A stretch of DNA of 63,515 nt, the filler included, from Collodictyon triciliatum (lineage: Eukaryota): NCBI GenBank assembly GCA_043381765.1. It is 10 parts of 10 records of this genome, joined end to end, with 100 filler letters (N's around TTAATTAATTAA, not from the genome) between each part and the next. Parts side by side here need not be neighbours in the genome. Positions count along the whole stretch, not along the records: positions 7,725 to 15,341 come from JBHJMP010003815.1; positions 15,442 to 23,061 come from JBHJMP010003816.1; positions 23,162 to 30,798 come from JBHJMP010003817.1; 7 more parts are not named here. One strand, written 5' to 3'. The translations under genes and the position numbers were made by a program. Below are positions 13,101 to 25,220 of the stretch, piece after piece. Each line of letters opens with the position of its first letter. Position 1 is the first letter of the stretch. The notes under the pieces are model-generated. The model did no database searches. It had not been told where the DNA came from and was given only the letters and a program-made list of their open reading frames with translations.

Positions 13101-14047
13101 TTTCCAAAAATTAATTAATTAAAGAATATATTAACTAAATGATTTACATCTTTTTCATCGACTGGGCGATAAAGTGCTCGCTCAGCATCAGTTTCAGCAA
13201 CATGATTAACGGCGTGCTCTTCATCTCGAAAATAAAAAAATGCACGTCGAGCAACGGCCTTAACTTTCAGAGCGCCGTGAACAATCTGCACAATATCAAT
13301 TCATTTAACATATTATTTTTTGGATTGAGTGAAAAAAAAATCCAAAATAATTTTATGGGATGTTCAAACCTCGTAATCAGTCACGCTTAGTCCTCTTATA
13401 TCCTTGAGATAGGGAAATTTCAAATCTGTGTCTGGATGCCATTCGGAAGGGTTTTTGTGATTCGGAGACCACCCATAACGCGAGCCAAGTGTACATAGAA
13501 AATATGGACACTGTTCGATGGATTCAAGGCAGCTAATGACAACCTAGATTTACAATGATTTGGAAAAAAAAACATAACTTAATATCCTTTCTAAATATAT
13601 ATGATTTAAACCATTTTTTTTTAATAATCTATACCAGTCCAGTTTCCGATATCTCACTCGTCAATCCCCAACGCAAATCGATGAACACCAGAATAAGTCC
13701 CTTCTTCTTGGCAAAATCTTTGAGTCTATTATGGAGTGAAAACATCAGTCAGTGGAATGTATACCAAAAATCTGATGATATAAAAAAAGCATAAACACTT
13801 ACAACTTTTCTCCATATGCAAAGAATTCATCTCTTTCTCTTTGCATGTCACGGAAAGTCGACGACATGAAAATTCTCAAGACTCTTTCTTGATGTACAAT
13901 CGCCCATCTGGTTTCACCATCAGAGAATGCAGAGCCCTGAATCACATCGCCTATGATTTTTGGAGCAAATACGGGCTCGTGCGATACCTCGACCAATATC
14001 CGATCATCAACATCCTGTTGGTTATGTCGGCTCCAAGGACATCCCAT
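8629..14047 (-). CDS. NLR-like DUF4062 / NACHT-like NTPase / TPR protein (NPHP3/TEP1-like architecture), paralog A
   Basis: MGC start; RIFMSSTFRDMQRERD, IDLRWG and LGSRYGW (DUF4062); Walker A GAESGVGKST; Walker B VVLVVDALDQL; WLP; GHPLYL..VLDELRVFG; about 8-9 42-aa TPR units (GExHPxVAxxYNNIG); stop at 8629. Confidence 0.9.
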
Positions 14048-14097
14048 ATTTCACCTAAAACATTATAATTTATAAAATGCCTATGCAGTATTAAAGC

Positions 14098-14174
<77 letters not shown>

Positions 14175-15277
14175 AGGCGAAGATCGAACATTCAGAGGTT
14201 CACTTGCCAGTCCTTATATACTTGTGGATGGTTTATAATGACACTTTAATTCAGTGATTTTTCATGAATATTATATTGTAATTCGAAAAAGAAAGTAGAA
14301 AAAGAAAGAGGGATTTTTAATCTAATGATATACTTTGACCAAGAGTTAGTTTTATTGCGCAAACAAAATTTTATGCTCGGTGGTACTTTATGGTATATTT
14401 TTTTTGACATCAACCAGCAAAAATGAATATTTGACTGGTATTATTACAAAATGTTCTATTGATATTTTTTTTCTAAAACCGTGGGGGATTCTCTAAGTAG
14501 TATTGTACATAATTCATTGCCAATTAAAGTATTTTTCCTCTAAAATGTATTTGTGTATATTCCCTCTGAGCTTTCATGTAGCCATATACTCTATTCTGCC
14601 ACTAGTAATCACGTATGTATTATCCAAAAGAAATATATGATCAAGAGTAAAATTTCTCATTATCTACCATGTAGTTTCACAAAAGAGTGATAATACACAT
14701 ACAGGATTTATTTCTAATTTTTCTAATAAAGATATTGATTAAGATGTCCTGGTTGCACTTGAACTGTTCATAGAAAAGAAATATTTGCTTAATCTAAATA
14801 ATAAAATGAAATATTCAATCGTATGGAAGATTAGTTGTGTATTTTAAAAATTAATTTTCACTGATCAGATATCGGTAAGTTGATTAAAAATTACACCATC
14901 ATGGCAAATGATTCATAATACTAGCCTTCATATACTTGAACTAAATAATCGCACAAGCTGTAATATTTTAGAACTATATCTACTTTTATCAATAGTAATA
15001 GTTCGAATTTTGATTATCTGATGTTAATTATTCATATTTCAGTCTTTATAGATTGAATCTCTTTGATGCAGAGAACGAAAACAATCAAATTACCATTTTC
15101 ATCATATATAATGTATGAAAATTCATCATGTACTTGGTTTAAATGAAAGCAATAACGAATCATATCCTTTTCAGAAAATGCAAAGGTAATTACATATATT
15201 AAGGTCATCTAAAAATGATCATTCCAAATTTTTTGAATATTTGAATATTAGAGTATTGGAATCAAAAGCTCCTTATT

Positions 15278-15341
<64 letters not shown>

Positions 15342-15500
15342 NNNNNNNNNNNNNNNNNNNNNNNNNNNNNNNNNNNNNNNNNNNNTTAATTAATTAANNN
15401 NNNNNNNNNNNNNNNNNNNNNNNNNNNNNNNNNNNNNNNNNTTTCTTTTTTTCTTTTTTTCTTTTTTTTCTTTTTTTTCTTTTTTTTCTTTTTTTTACAG

Positions 15501-15835
15501 TAACACCCAGCCACGTCCCGAATAGTGCATGGGTACCTAATTCAACCAGGTTTTAGTTTGGTATCAATTGTTGACTGCCTGTGTTGAGTTCTCAAATATA
15601 TATACATACTCATTTGATCTCATAACTCCCGTCTGCTCCTCAAGCTGTACTTTCGCCGATTGCTAATGTAGCCAAAACAAACAGGTCAAATTACGCATCT
15701 CAGTCAGATTATTACGACGAAAGTGACGACCGCATTGGCACTAGCTTTGACATCTCTCAAACGACCGAGGTATGTTACTCAAATGGAATCTATTTATGGT
15801 TTTGTGTTATTGCATGCGCATTTCCATACGTTTAG

Positions 15836-15915
<80 letters not shown>

Positions 15916-16826
15916 TCTGTTTGCAGTTGTCGTTACTCACCTTTATGATATAAAACTAGACTAATCAATACCCAGCTACACCTTCTGATTTACTCAAAAG
16001 TGTTTTTACGCCGACAAACATGTTCTCTAGCGGTAATTATTTTTTATTTATATTTTAGTATTCGTCATGATGCACTGTAATAAAAAAAAAAAAAGTATAT
16101 CCTGTCACACCAAACCTATTAAATAAGTAAATGAGACCTTTTTTAAAAGAAAAAAAAGAAAAAAGATAGATGCCTTGATAATACGAACGGTGTGTATTTA
16201 TATATCTTTGAAATCACCTATTCGCAGGTGTTCCCCAAACCAACATCCTTGTATCGACTCCAATGACATCGATGCAAACTCCAAGCACCCCAGCAACATC
16301 TCAGTTGCCAAGAACCCCGGCTTCGTTTACTCCCTCTGTCGATGGGATTTCCGAAACACGTACATAACTTCGTTGAGATGGACCATATTCAGATTAGTGT
16401 ACCACAAAAATATGACTAATTGCATTTATATATGAACCATTTTAACGAGGATTTCGTGCCACCACCTTTCCCCACCACACAGCTTCCCTCTCGATTCATT
16501 CCTTCAAGCGTGGGATGCATGTGCGTATCAAAGACCAGAACCTGCTATACATCATCCAGCGAATCCACGAGAATGGGATTTGCGACCTTGTCCACACATC
16601 TGACTACTCGGACAAGGTGGAGTGTCGCTGGTCTGAACTGGAGCATGTTTCACCCCAGGAGACAACTGGCACTGTCTATGTTTTTGCCGGGGAATACGAA
16701 GGGCTTCAAACAACAACATTATCTATCCAGCCACCCATGGTCATCATCAAGACTCGAGAAGACTTCCACCCAGTCCCTCTCTCCTGTGTCTGCGTGATTG
16801 ATCCAAACTTTGCGGCAGATGATTAA
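15501..16826 (+). CDS. SPT5: SPT5-like elongation factor C-terminus (TP-rich region plus terminal tandem KOW), 5' partial
   Basis: Thr-Pro-rich exons (STPMTSMQTPSTPATSQLPRTP) followed by SELEHVSPQETTGTVYVFAGEYEGLQTTTLSI...VIIK, resembling SPT5 KOW6-7 (EHLEPITP..VKVILGEDREATGVLLSI). Confidence 0.6.
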
Positions 16827-17785
16827 GCGAGGCAAGGCCATTGAAACAAAAGTGGATTGTTCACCTCCTGCGGGTCATTTTTATTTCTCATATAAATTTT
16901 ATTAGCATTTGTGTAAAATATAATATCATTCTACTCTCTTTTGTGCTCCAACTTTGCTACCACTTGTAACTCAGAATTATTGAATATTTAGATTCTAGGA
17001 AACCATTTTCAACCTCCTAAGCAAATAAATGGATAGCCTCATAGCACAATTTATCCCCTCTTTGTCATTACATTTTCAATATTTTTTTATTTTACTACTA
17101 CTTTTTTAAATAATATTCCTCTTTCGGAGAATGTCTTTATTTTTTCTTGTGAGGGCAAAGAAATTTATTTTAAGTGAAGACCACACATTTTCATCTGTTC
17201 CTTATTCTAATATATATGTGTGTGAATAGAATGACTTGCAATTTAATAATAGGAAGAAAAAAGGATTCATCACTCGTATGTGTAGAGAAGACTCGCGATG
17301 ACGCTGGTTGTTAATTATTAATTTTATTTTATTTTTTGGAAATGAGAGCTATTTTTTCGCGAAACGCTGGATTCTTACCGCCAATTATCACAAGGAGCGA
17401 ATTTAAATGGGGACATAATGATTCACTTTTCTTCTTATACATGGGTACGAGCTGTGAATACTATTTGGCATCTAATTGCAAACGGGAGAAAGTATGCCTT
17501 TTTCTTTTCTTTTCTTTTCTTTTCTTTTCTTTTCTTTTCTTTTCTTTTCTTTTCTTTTCTTTTCTTTTCTTTTCTTTTCTTTTCTTTTCTTTTCTTTTTT
17601 AAATTTCCGTTTGGGAGTTGGGGACACACGAACGACAAATATGATTCTGAGTATAATGGAGCTATTTATCTGATTTATGACGTGCTATGATAGAACATTC
17701 GGCCTTGTGGAGGCAATGGTGGGGATCGTGTGTCAACGAATTCTGTTACAGAGGCAACTGTGTGGCCCGGTGGAGCTGGTGAGTG

Positions 17786-20700
17786 TTATTTGGTATCCAG
17801 AACAGAGACCCCATTAAATGCCGGATTCGCCACTATTTCAAGGACGCGGTAGGCAACAATGTCATCGTTGTTGCAGACATAGTCCCGGAGCTGATCGATG
17901 GCGATGTTTTTATCGTGTTCTGTCATGGCCTGAAGTTCTTGAACGTTCTCAAGAACCCGTTTCTTCTTGTTCAACAAAGTTCGTCTGCCATCGCTTAAAT
18001 CGTCCTCCACGAGCCCCATAACCTCATATATCTTTACAGGACCCCTCCTAATAGGAAAAGCAAAAAACACATAAAAAATGAAAACCGTCAAAGTAGCGAC
18101 ATTATCTGCTTTTGAAACTAGCAATATATTAGGAAATAAGATATTTCAGTAGAAATCACACCTTCCTTTAACGACGACGGTTTCTAAAGGTCTACACACA
18201 AAGAATTCCTTGACTCGCTCGTGTGTCACGTCACTGATGATAATGTCTGTACCGTACCGTTTGTTGAGTCCTTCCAATCTGTCCACGTGTTTATTCGAGG
18301 TCATATGCACGGTCGTGAAGTTAAGTTCAAAAAAGAAAAGGATCAAGTAGATACCTAAATCTCGAGGCTATGTGAAGTTGGAGTAATTCAAGAGGAATTT
18401 CCATCATACCTTGATGCAAGATTGACGGCATCTCCAACAGCTCCATATTTCATCCGGTTCGTGGACCCGATGTTGCCAACGAGGACCTCCCCTGTGTGGA
18501 TTCCTATACGCATTTCAAGACCCTCTCGGATGTATCCATTTGAAATCCAGGAACCGTTCAGCTGCCGGAGCGCTTCCTGTGTTCATGATAGTTAGACCCT
18601 GTCGTTTCTCTCTAAAGCAATAAGTCGTATGAAGTCATTTCTTATCACATCTACACAGAGGGAAAATAACATAATATAAAAAATGTATATTTCCTCAAAA
18701 GGTTCTTCAATGAGAAAACTGTTTTCCAGATCACATTGAAAAAATATGATTTGCTAGATAATAATAATANNNNNNNNNNNNNNNNNNNNNNNNNNNNNNN
18801 NNNNNNNNNNNNNNNNNNNNNNNNNNNNNNNNNNNNNNNNNNNNNNNNNNNNNNNNNNNNNNNNNNNNNNNNNNNNNNNNNNNNNNNNNNNNNNNNNNNN
18901 NNNNNNNNNNNNNNNNNNNNNNNNNNNNNNNNNNNNNNNNNNNNNNNNNNNNNNNNNNNNNNNNNNNNNNNNNNNNNNNNNNNNNNNNNNNNNNNNNNNN
19001 NNNNNNNNNNNNNNNNNNNNNNNNNNNNNNNNNNNNNNNNNNNNNNNNNNNNNNNNNNNNNNNNNNNNNNNNNNNNNNNNNNNNNNNNNNNNNNNNNNNN
19101 NNNNNNNNNNNNNNNNNNNNNNNNNNNNNNNNNNNNNNNNNNNNNNNNNNNNNNNNNNNNAGAAAGTGGACCAGTCTGGTAAGAAAAAGAATGAACCATT
19201 ATCCCGTCTCCGATAAAGTCACAAATGACACCCTCAGACTTAGAGACTAAAGAAGACATCATTTCTAGATACTCTGAAAGCAAGTGTACAAGCACATCAC
19301 TGGGCAAAGATTCTGCAAGAGAGGTAAATCCTTTGAGATCTGCACAAAAAGAAAAAAATAATAAGAAACCGTGGACAAGTTGGACACTACGCAGAACCAC
19401 TAGAATCATGTTACATTTTTATAAAGTAATAGTAATATTCACCAGAAAACATCATGGTCAATGTTCTACGCTCTACATATAGGTCATTTGCAAATGGAGA
19501 ACTGCTTAGGATTCGTTGTACTACGGCCATAGGTACAAACTTTCCGAAGGACTGGAGAGCAGTGTCCATAACCTGTTTCATATAAAAACGAACATGTTGA
19601 GATTTTCATTATATTATGCATTTTCTACACCATGTAAATGAGCCATGCTTGAAATGAAGACTGGATCATTCTTATTTCTCGCAAAGCAGAGTTTGAGTCT
19701 CCCTACAAAATAAATCAATAATCTTCAGAGCTCCGGAAGGAAAAAAAGTGAATTATACACGAAGTATTCTTAAGGCTTCGATTATTAGCAAGTTCTTATA
19801 AATAAAGCAACCTTTGTCTGCTTTTCAAAATTTAGTCTTGAAATATTATACATAGCATCAGCTACAAATTTCAAGGGGCTGCCAAAACGCAAGTGAAATG
19901 AAATTTTAAAGTGTGTATATCAATTTATGCTGCAGGAATTTGAGACCATAAAAAACCATAGGGAGTGGTTACCGCGGGATCTTTTTCTTTTTCTTTTTCT
20001 TTTTCTTTTTTTGAAAATATATTCAATCCGAATTAATACCGAGTGATGAAAGTTGAAACCACCATTGTTGTTGTGAGCGTAAAAACAAATAGTAAAGCTG
20101 TGAGAGAAGACGATAAAATGATCATGCTATCCACTGTTGAGAATATATCACTTCGTGGAATCAGGATGACGACCGTCTTTACATATGGAAAGAGTAATTC
20201 AATATATGTTTACATACTTCTCGAATAGTAGAAGTTATAATTTTGGATTGGTAAATTTAATCAAAAATTATTAGAAAGAATCTTGCCCATTCTATCCCAC
20301 CCCTAGGGTCAACCAAAGTGGAGGCGAATGTGAGATATTCTTCATCTCCATCATGGATTGAGAACTTTCGAATCCCTTGGATTGCCTGGAATTCGTTATT
20401 TCTATCTCTCTTCAACTTCTATTAAAAAAAAATAGACTGAGGATGTCACATTTATCATTCCCATCAATCAGAATCTAATTAGTTGACACACACTTCAGCC
20501 GATTTTATCATGAGTTTGTTCCTGGAAGTATAGTAAGTCATCATGCCCGTTTGGTCAGAAATAGGAACCCCAAGTGTATTTGCAATCAAGCTTCCATCCT
20601 GCTCTGGAAGTGTTAAAATTCATAAAAATCTCTTTGATCTGCTCATACAAACCTTTTGCATGATGTAAGCGAAGCCGTTATCACTAGTTTTGATGCGTTT

Positions 20701-22771
20701 CAATTTCTCTTGTATCAGATTGAGATTCATTTCTATCCCTGCGACAGCTATGATTTCTTCTATTGTATAACCGGCGTAAAAAAAAAAAAAAGGAGTAGTA
20801 ACTAGATGAGAAATCAACCGTGATGATAATCACAACTATATAATCTCATACAAGCAGTGCACAATAACTCACTGCTATCAATATCGCTACGTATTGGGCG
20901 CACAGCGGTTATTGCAAGAATAGATCCTCCTGCCGTGATTGAGGAGTAAGCTGGGCTCCATGTTGATCCATTTTTTTTAATAGCGGCCTGGTACCTATTT
21001 TAACATAGTTTTAATTAGCATTCGTTAGGTATCTTAAAAAGGAGGGCGAGAAAGGGGGTAACTTTTTCATATTGATGCATGATTCTTGATTAGATATATT
21101 GAAAAAATTAGCTAATCGAAAATGGTGCAGACATGATTTTAAATGGTACCAAGCTCTTTTAGTTGCGTTGTAGCCTTGGACAGACTCGACAACAGGAATT
21201 TCGCTATAGGGTAAGCTAATCGTTTTCCAATTCATGGGAGGGGAGAATTGCAATTTATAACCATTTTCGGCAGAACTGCAAATGAAAGAACTAGAGCCAG
21301 AATCTTTCACCACCGCTATTTTTTGATTCATTAATATATAATCACTGGTAATCTTTTGTGTTTCTAGAATTCCAGGAGGGAGAGTTGATTATAAAGAAAC
21401 AATCATATTGTAAAATTTTGACCATACCAGTTATCCCTCCATCTTGGTGGCCTACGTACGCTTGAGATAGAATATCGCTTTTCTGTGGGGAAAAAATTTA
21501 AAGGGAAAACCTTATATTTGCTCTGGTATTCTTTTGATTTTTTTGTATTGTTTATGACAAGACATCACCTCGACTATTCCCATATTCGTATACCGCGCCA
21601 CGTAGTCATCACATCGAACTCCCTCTATCCCTTGAAATGAGTGATAGTGAGTGAGCTCCAACACTCGAAGAGCTTCGTGAGATATATCCAAAGATGATTG
21701 AATATCAAGCTGGATGCGCTCTACGGTCTTTTCATCATAGAGTTAAATTAATATTATAAAATATAGACACGTTTGATGGAGTATAACATCGAATTTTTTT
21801 TTAGAATTGCTAATTTTTTTTGTATGACCTGAGTCTGAAGCTGATTAGATAGGTCACTGACAGCCTTTTATGAAGACAGAAACGGATTTATTGCGTGGTA
21901 TCGTTAGTATGATTAGTGAAAAGTTTATTGTTTTCATTTTTTTACTACAAAATATTATATATTTCATAATGATTCATGCCAAATGACTATCAAATAGTTC
22001 GAAATCATTTAATTGGTGGTATTTTAATTTATTCTAGAGACTTTAAAATCTTACAGAGAATCCAAAGATATAAGACGGCACGACACTTACTACAGCCACA
22101 GAAATGACGGAAAGAAATGATAGCAACAAAATCGAATTCCTTAGTGATATCGTGTTGCCAACGGTTCTTATTACCTCGTTCTACAATTCCAGCAAAAAGA
22201 AAATTAAAGAGAAAAACGCAGAGAAATTTAAAAGGGAATGTCACAATAATAAGGCATGACATTCCAGCAGTATCACATTTCTTCAAAAGCTATGGCCAGC
22301 GAATCAAAGCCAAGACCTCCAGCATCTTACACGAATTGAAAGAAAAAATAAATATAGAAAAAATTGCGTTTCCTCAAAACAGACTCAATCGATAAATAAT
22401 GATGAAAAGTGAAACTTTAATGCTATGATTTTCCCTGGTCTTTAAAGGAATTTCAACTAATTGATTATAAGTTTTTCCCTTCTACAAGAAAAGAAAATTT
22501 TTTATGACTCAGCGTCATCCTTCTAAAAAAAAAATTTTTTTCATTTTATCGTGATATCAATCGTCTCTTCGTGTTAAAAGTGCCTCAAAATTCACATCTC
22601 CAATAATTATTTGTTTTGCTGGACACTTTTTTTGCTGCAAAGTCGAGTCAAAGATATTTTCTGCTCAACACATACCTCGGCCCAAGCACCCCTATTGGCT
22701 ACTCCAGGTGCGGAGAGATCGTCCAAGACGAGTGAGATTCGGGGTTTATTTTCTCGTGGCCCAGTAGCCAT
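17786..22771 (-). CDS. Membrane class III nucleotidyl cyclase (TM / Cache-like extracellular / TM / HAMP-like / cyclase); contains an N gap, 5' exons uncertain
   Basis: TM SLRNSILLLSFLSVISVAVVSV; YNATKRAWY and TWSPAY Cache-like motifs; SFGKFVP; DLKGFTSLAE; CDFIGDG; RIGIHTGEVLVGNIGS..RMKYGAVGDAVNLASRLEGLNK.YGT; VVVKG; C-terminal FNGVSVLDTK*. Confidence 0.9.
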
Positions 22772-22982
22772 TTAGCAACAACACAAAACAAGGCAACTTG
22801 TGAGCAGCACCAACTCTTGACAAGGGGTCAAAAATCCTAGAGATAAATGAGTCTGAATAAATGAGTTCTTAACCAAGGTAAAGTCCTACACAGACAGGTC
22901 TGAAGAGCCACAAAAGGCTGCAAGTGGCACAATGCTCCTGATAGCTAGCAATCATCATAGGAAATATGAGAGGGAGGGGGGT

Positions 22983-23061
<79 letters not shown>

Positions 23062-23319
23062 NNNNNNNNNNNNNNNNNNNNNNNNNNNNNNNNNNNNNNN
23101 NNNNNTTAATTAATTAANNNNNNNNNNNNNNNNNNNNNNNNNNNNNNNNNNNNNNNNNNNNTGAATCAGATCCAACGCGATTTCTGGTTGTATTCGAGAC
23201 TGACAGAAGAGCGGATAAAGTTGTCGGGTCGATGAAAGTACGCACATGGCAGTTACTTCTCAAATCGATTCCGACGAGACCTTTCAACCATCTATCTCGG
23301 ACAAGATTTACATCCTATT

Positions 23320-24590
23320 TCATTCCACATGATGAGTCTTTAGAGGAGACAACGGGTCACTTTCCTTGCGTTTCTTACTGGGCGACTCTGACAAAAAGCG
23401 ACACATCGTTGTTTGTCTGGTATCAGTGGAAGTGGCGCTTGACCGTCCCCTGGCATCGGAACCATGCGTAGCCGGCAGTGGACTTTGCTTAACCAGAGTA
23501 TGGATACGCGTTTGTGGTTTTAGAAACATACGCTCCTGCTTGCTTGGACTGTCTTTGAGTGTGTGGAGTTCCAAGCTTGGATTCGACTTGTGCTGTTTGC
23601 TCTTGCTCCTTGGTTCTCGGTGCGACGGGCTGGGGCAGGATAAACAGACTATCTTTGGTGGGCGCTGGTTCTTGTGTCGTCTTCGCTTTGGAATATCCTT
23701 TTGGATAAGTAACGAAGACTGCATTGAGGCCTCCTATGTTAACCATATTCACGTCAGTCTGAATGGGTAGTTTAAAGGGGGATTTCTTTCGGGGTTTGGA
23801 GATGCGCTGCTCTTGGGTGTTGCGATGTACGGGCTTGTCCGGTGTTGGCGGTGGATGGTTTGAGTGCGATGATTCTGAAGAGAAACCGAGATTTCCTTCC
23901 ATGTCATTGTCGCTGTCGCTGTCTGCGCGTATCTGCTGTGAGTCATGTGGAATCTGTTGTTGCCTGGCCTTGGCTTCCTTGACCCCGTTGCTTCTTGTTT
24001 GCTTGGCGGGTGTATTCTTTGCGGGGATTTTACTTGTCGTTCATTATTCTCGGCTGGCGGACGCTCTTTAAGGATGCGCTTTGGACACTTTTTGCCCATG
24101 ACCGTAAACTTTGCAGGGAGCTGGTTCTTATGACAAAGAAGCTTCACCACGGCCGTGTCTGTGAGGAAGCCTTTGCCCTTTTTGATGTCCGCTTCGGTCG
24201 GTCTGAACGGCTTCAGTTCCTCACGAAGGAGTTGTGGCCACACGCCCAGCGGTAGTTGGTAGAGTATCACCAAGGTCTCTGTTGGTTTACTTCTGCTGAA
24301 GCTGCTCGTAATATCAATCAAACTTACCTGCTTCAGCCCCACAAGCTTTCGGGCGTTTTTTGCAGTGCGGAAGGCAATCAGGCAAAGGCCTTCGCTGTCC
24401 GGTAAGCGCAATTGGATGGACTCTTCTCAAAGCTTGTTCGCTTTCAAGAAGGAGGCGAGCGCATCGGTGAGCCTGCAGGCCTTGTTCTTGTTGTAAACGA
24501 CTTGCTCGACACCGTGCAAAAATGCTGTTCGCTCAGACAGAATTGCAGGCGGCTTCCTTACACGGGTCTTCCTAGACTCACGTTAAACAC
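23320..24590 (-). mobile_element. Degenerate non-LTR retrotransposon ORF1-like relic (two RRM-like segments plus a disordered tail)
   Basis: Intronless GC-richer block: RTAFLHGV...GLCLIAFRT...VILYQLPLGVWPQLLREELKPF...TDTAVVKL. It has an in-frame TGA at 24427-24429 and frameshifts, and a second copy lies at 49468-49772. Confidence 0.55.
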
Positions 24591-25220
24591 GGGTTTTCCG
24601 CACCAGCGTTGTAATCAAAAGAACTGGCTGCAACATTTGATGCGTTCTACACGGGTTTTGGCTTGTGGCTTTCCATCAGGCCAGGGCGTATTGAAGGTTA
24701 TGTTCACCCGCATCAAATATGAAATTTAAATTCATTATCGGAATTGGTATGACGATATCTTGGATCACCAGCATTACGTCACGTGCCTCCAACGCCGAAA
24801 GAGTAGAAGAAATACTCAGCCACCCAATTTTGTGTAAAAACCTTTTTCTCCACAAATCAAGCAAAACCAAGAAAACCAAGAAAACCAAGCAAAACCAAGA
24901 AAACCAAGCAAAACCAAGCAAAACCAAGCAAAACGACTTCTTTTATTATTTAGAATAGAATAGAATAGAATAGAATAGAATAGAATAGAATAGAATAGAA
25001 TNNNNNNNNNNAATAGAATAGAATAGAATAGAATAGAATAGAATAGAATAGAATAGAATAGAATAGAATAGAATAGAGCTTCCTTCAAGGAAAAAAGTGG
25101 AGGTCTGCCTGACAAAAAAACCCAGAGAATTTCTCCATCTAAAATGAATATGGTTAAAGAAAATATAAATTAGTAAATATATATTATATTACTTACCATG
25201 TTAAGCTGATGCTTTCTGTC

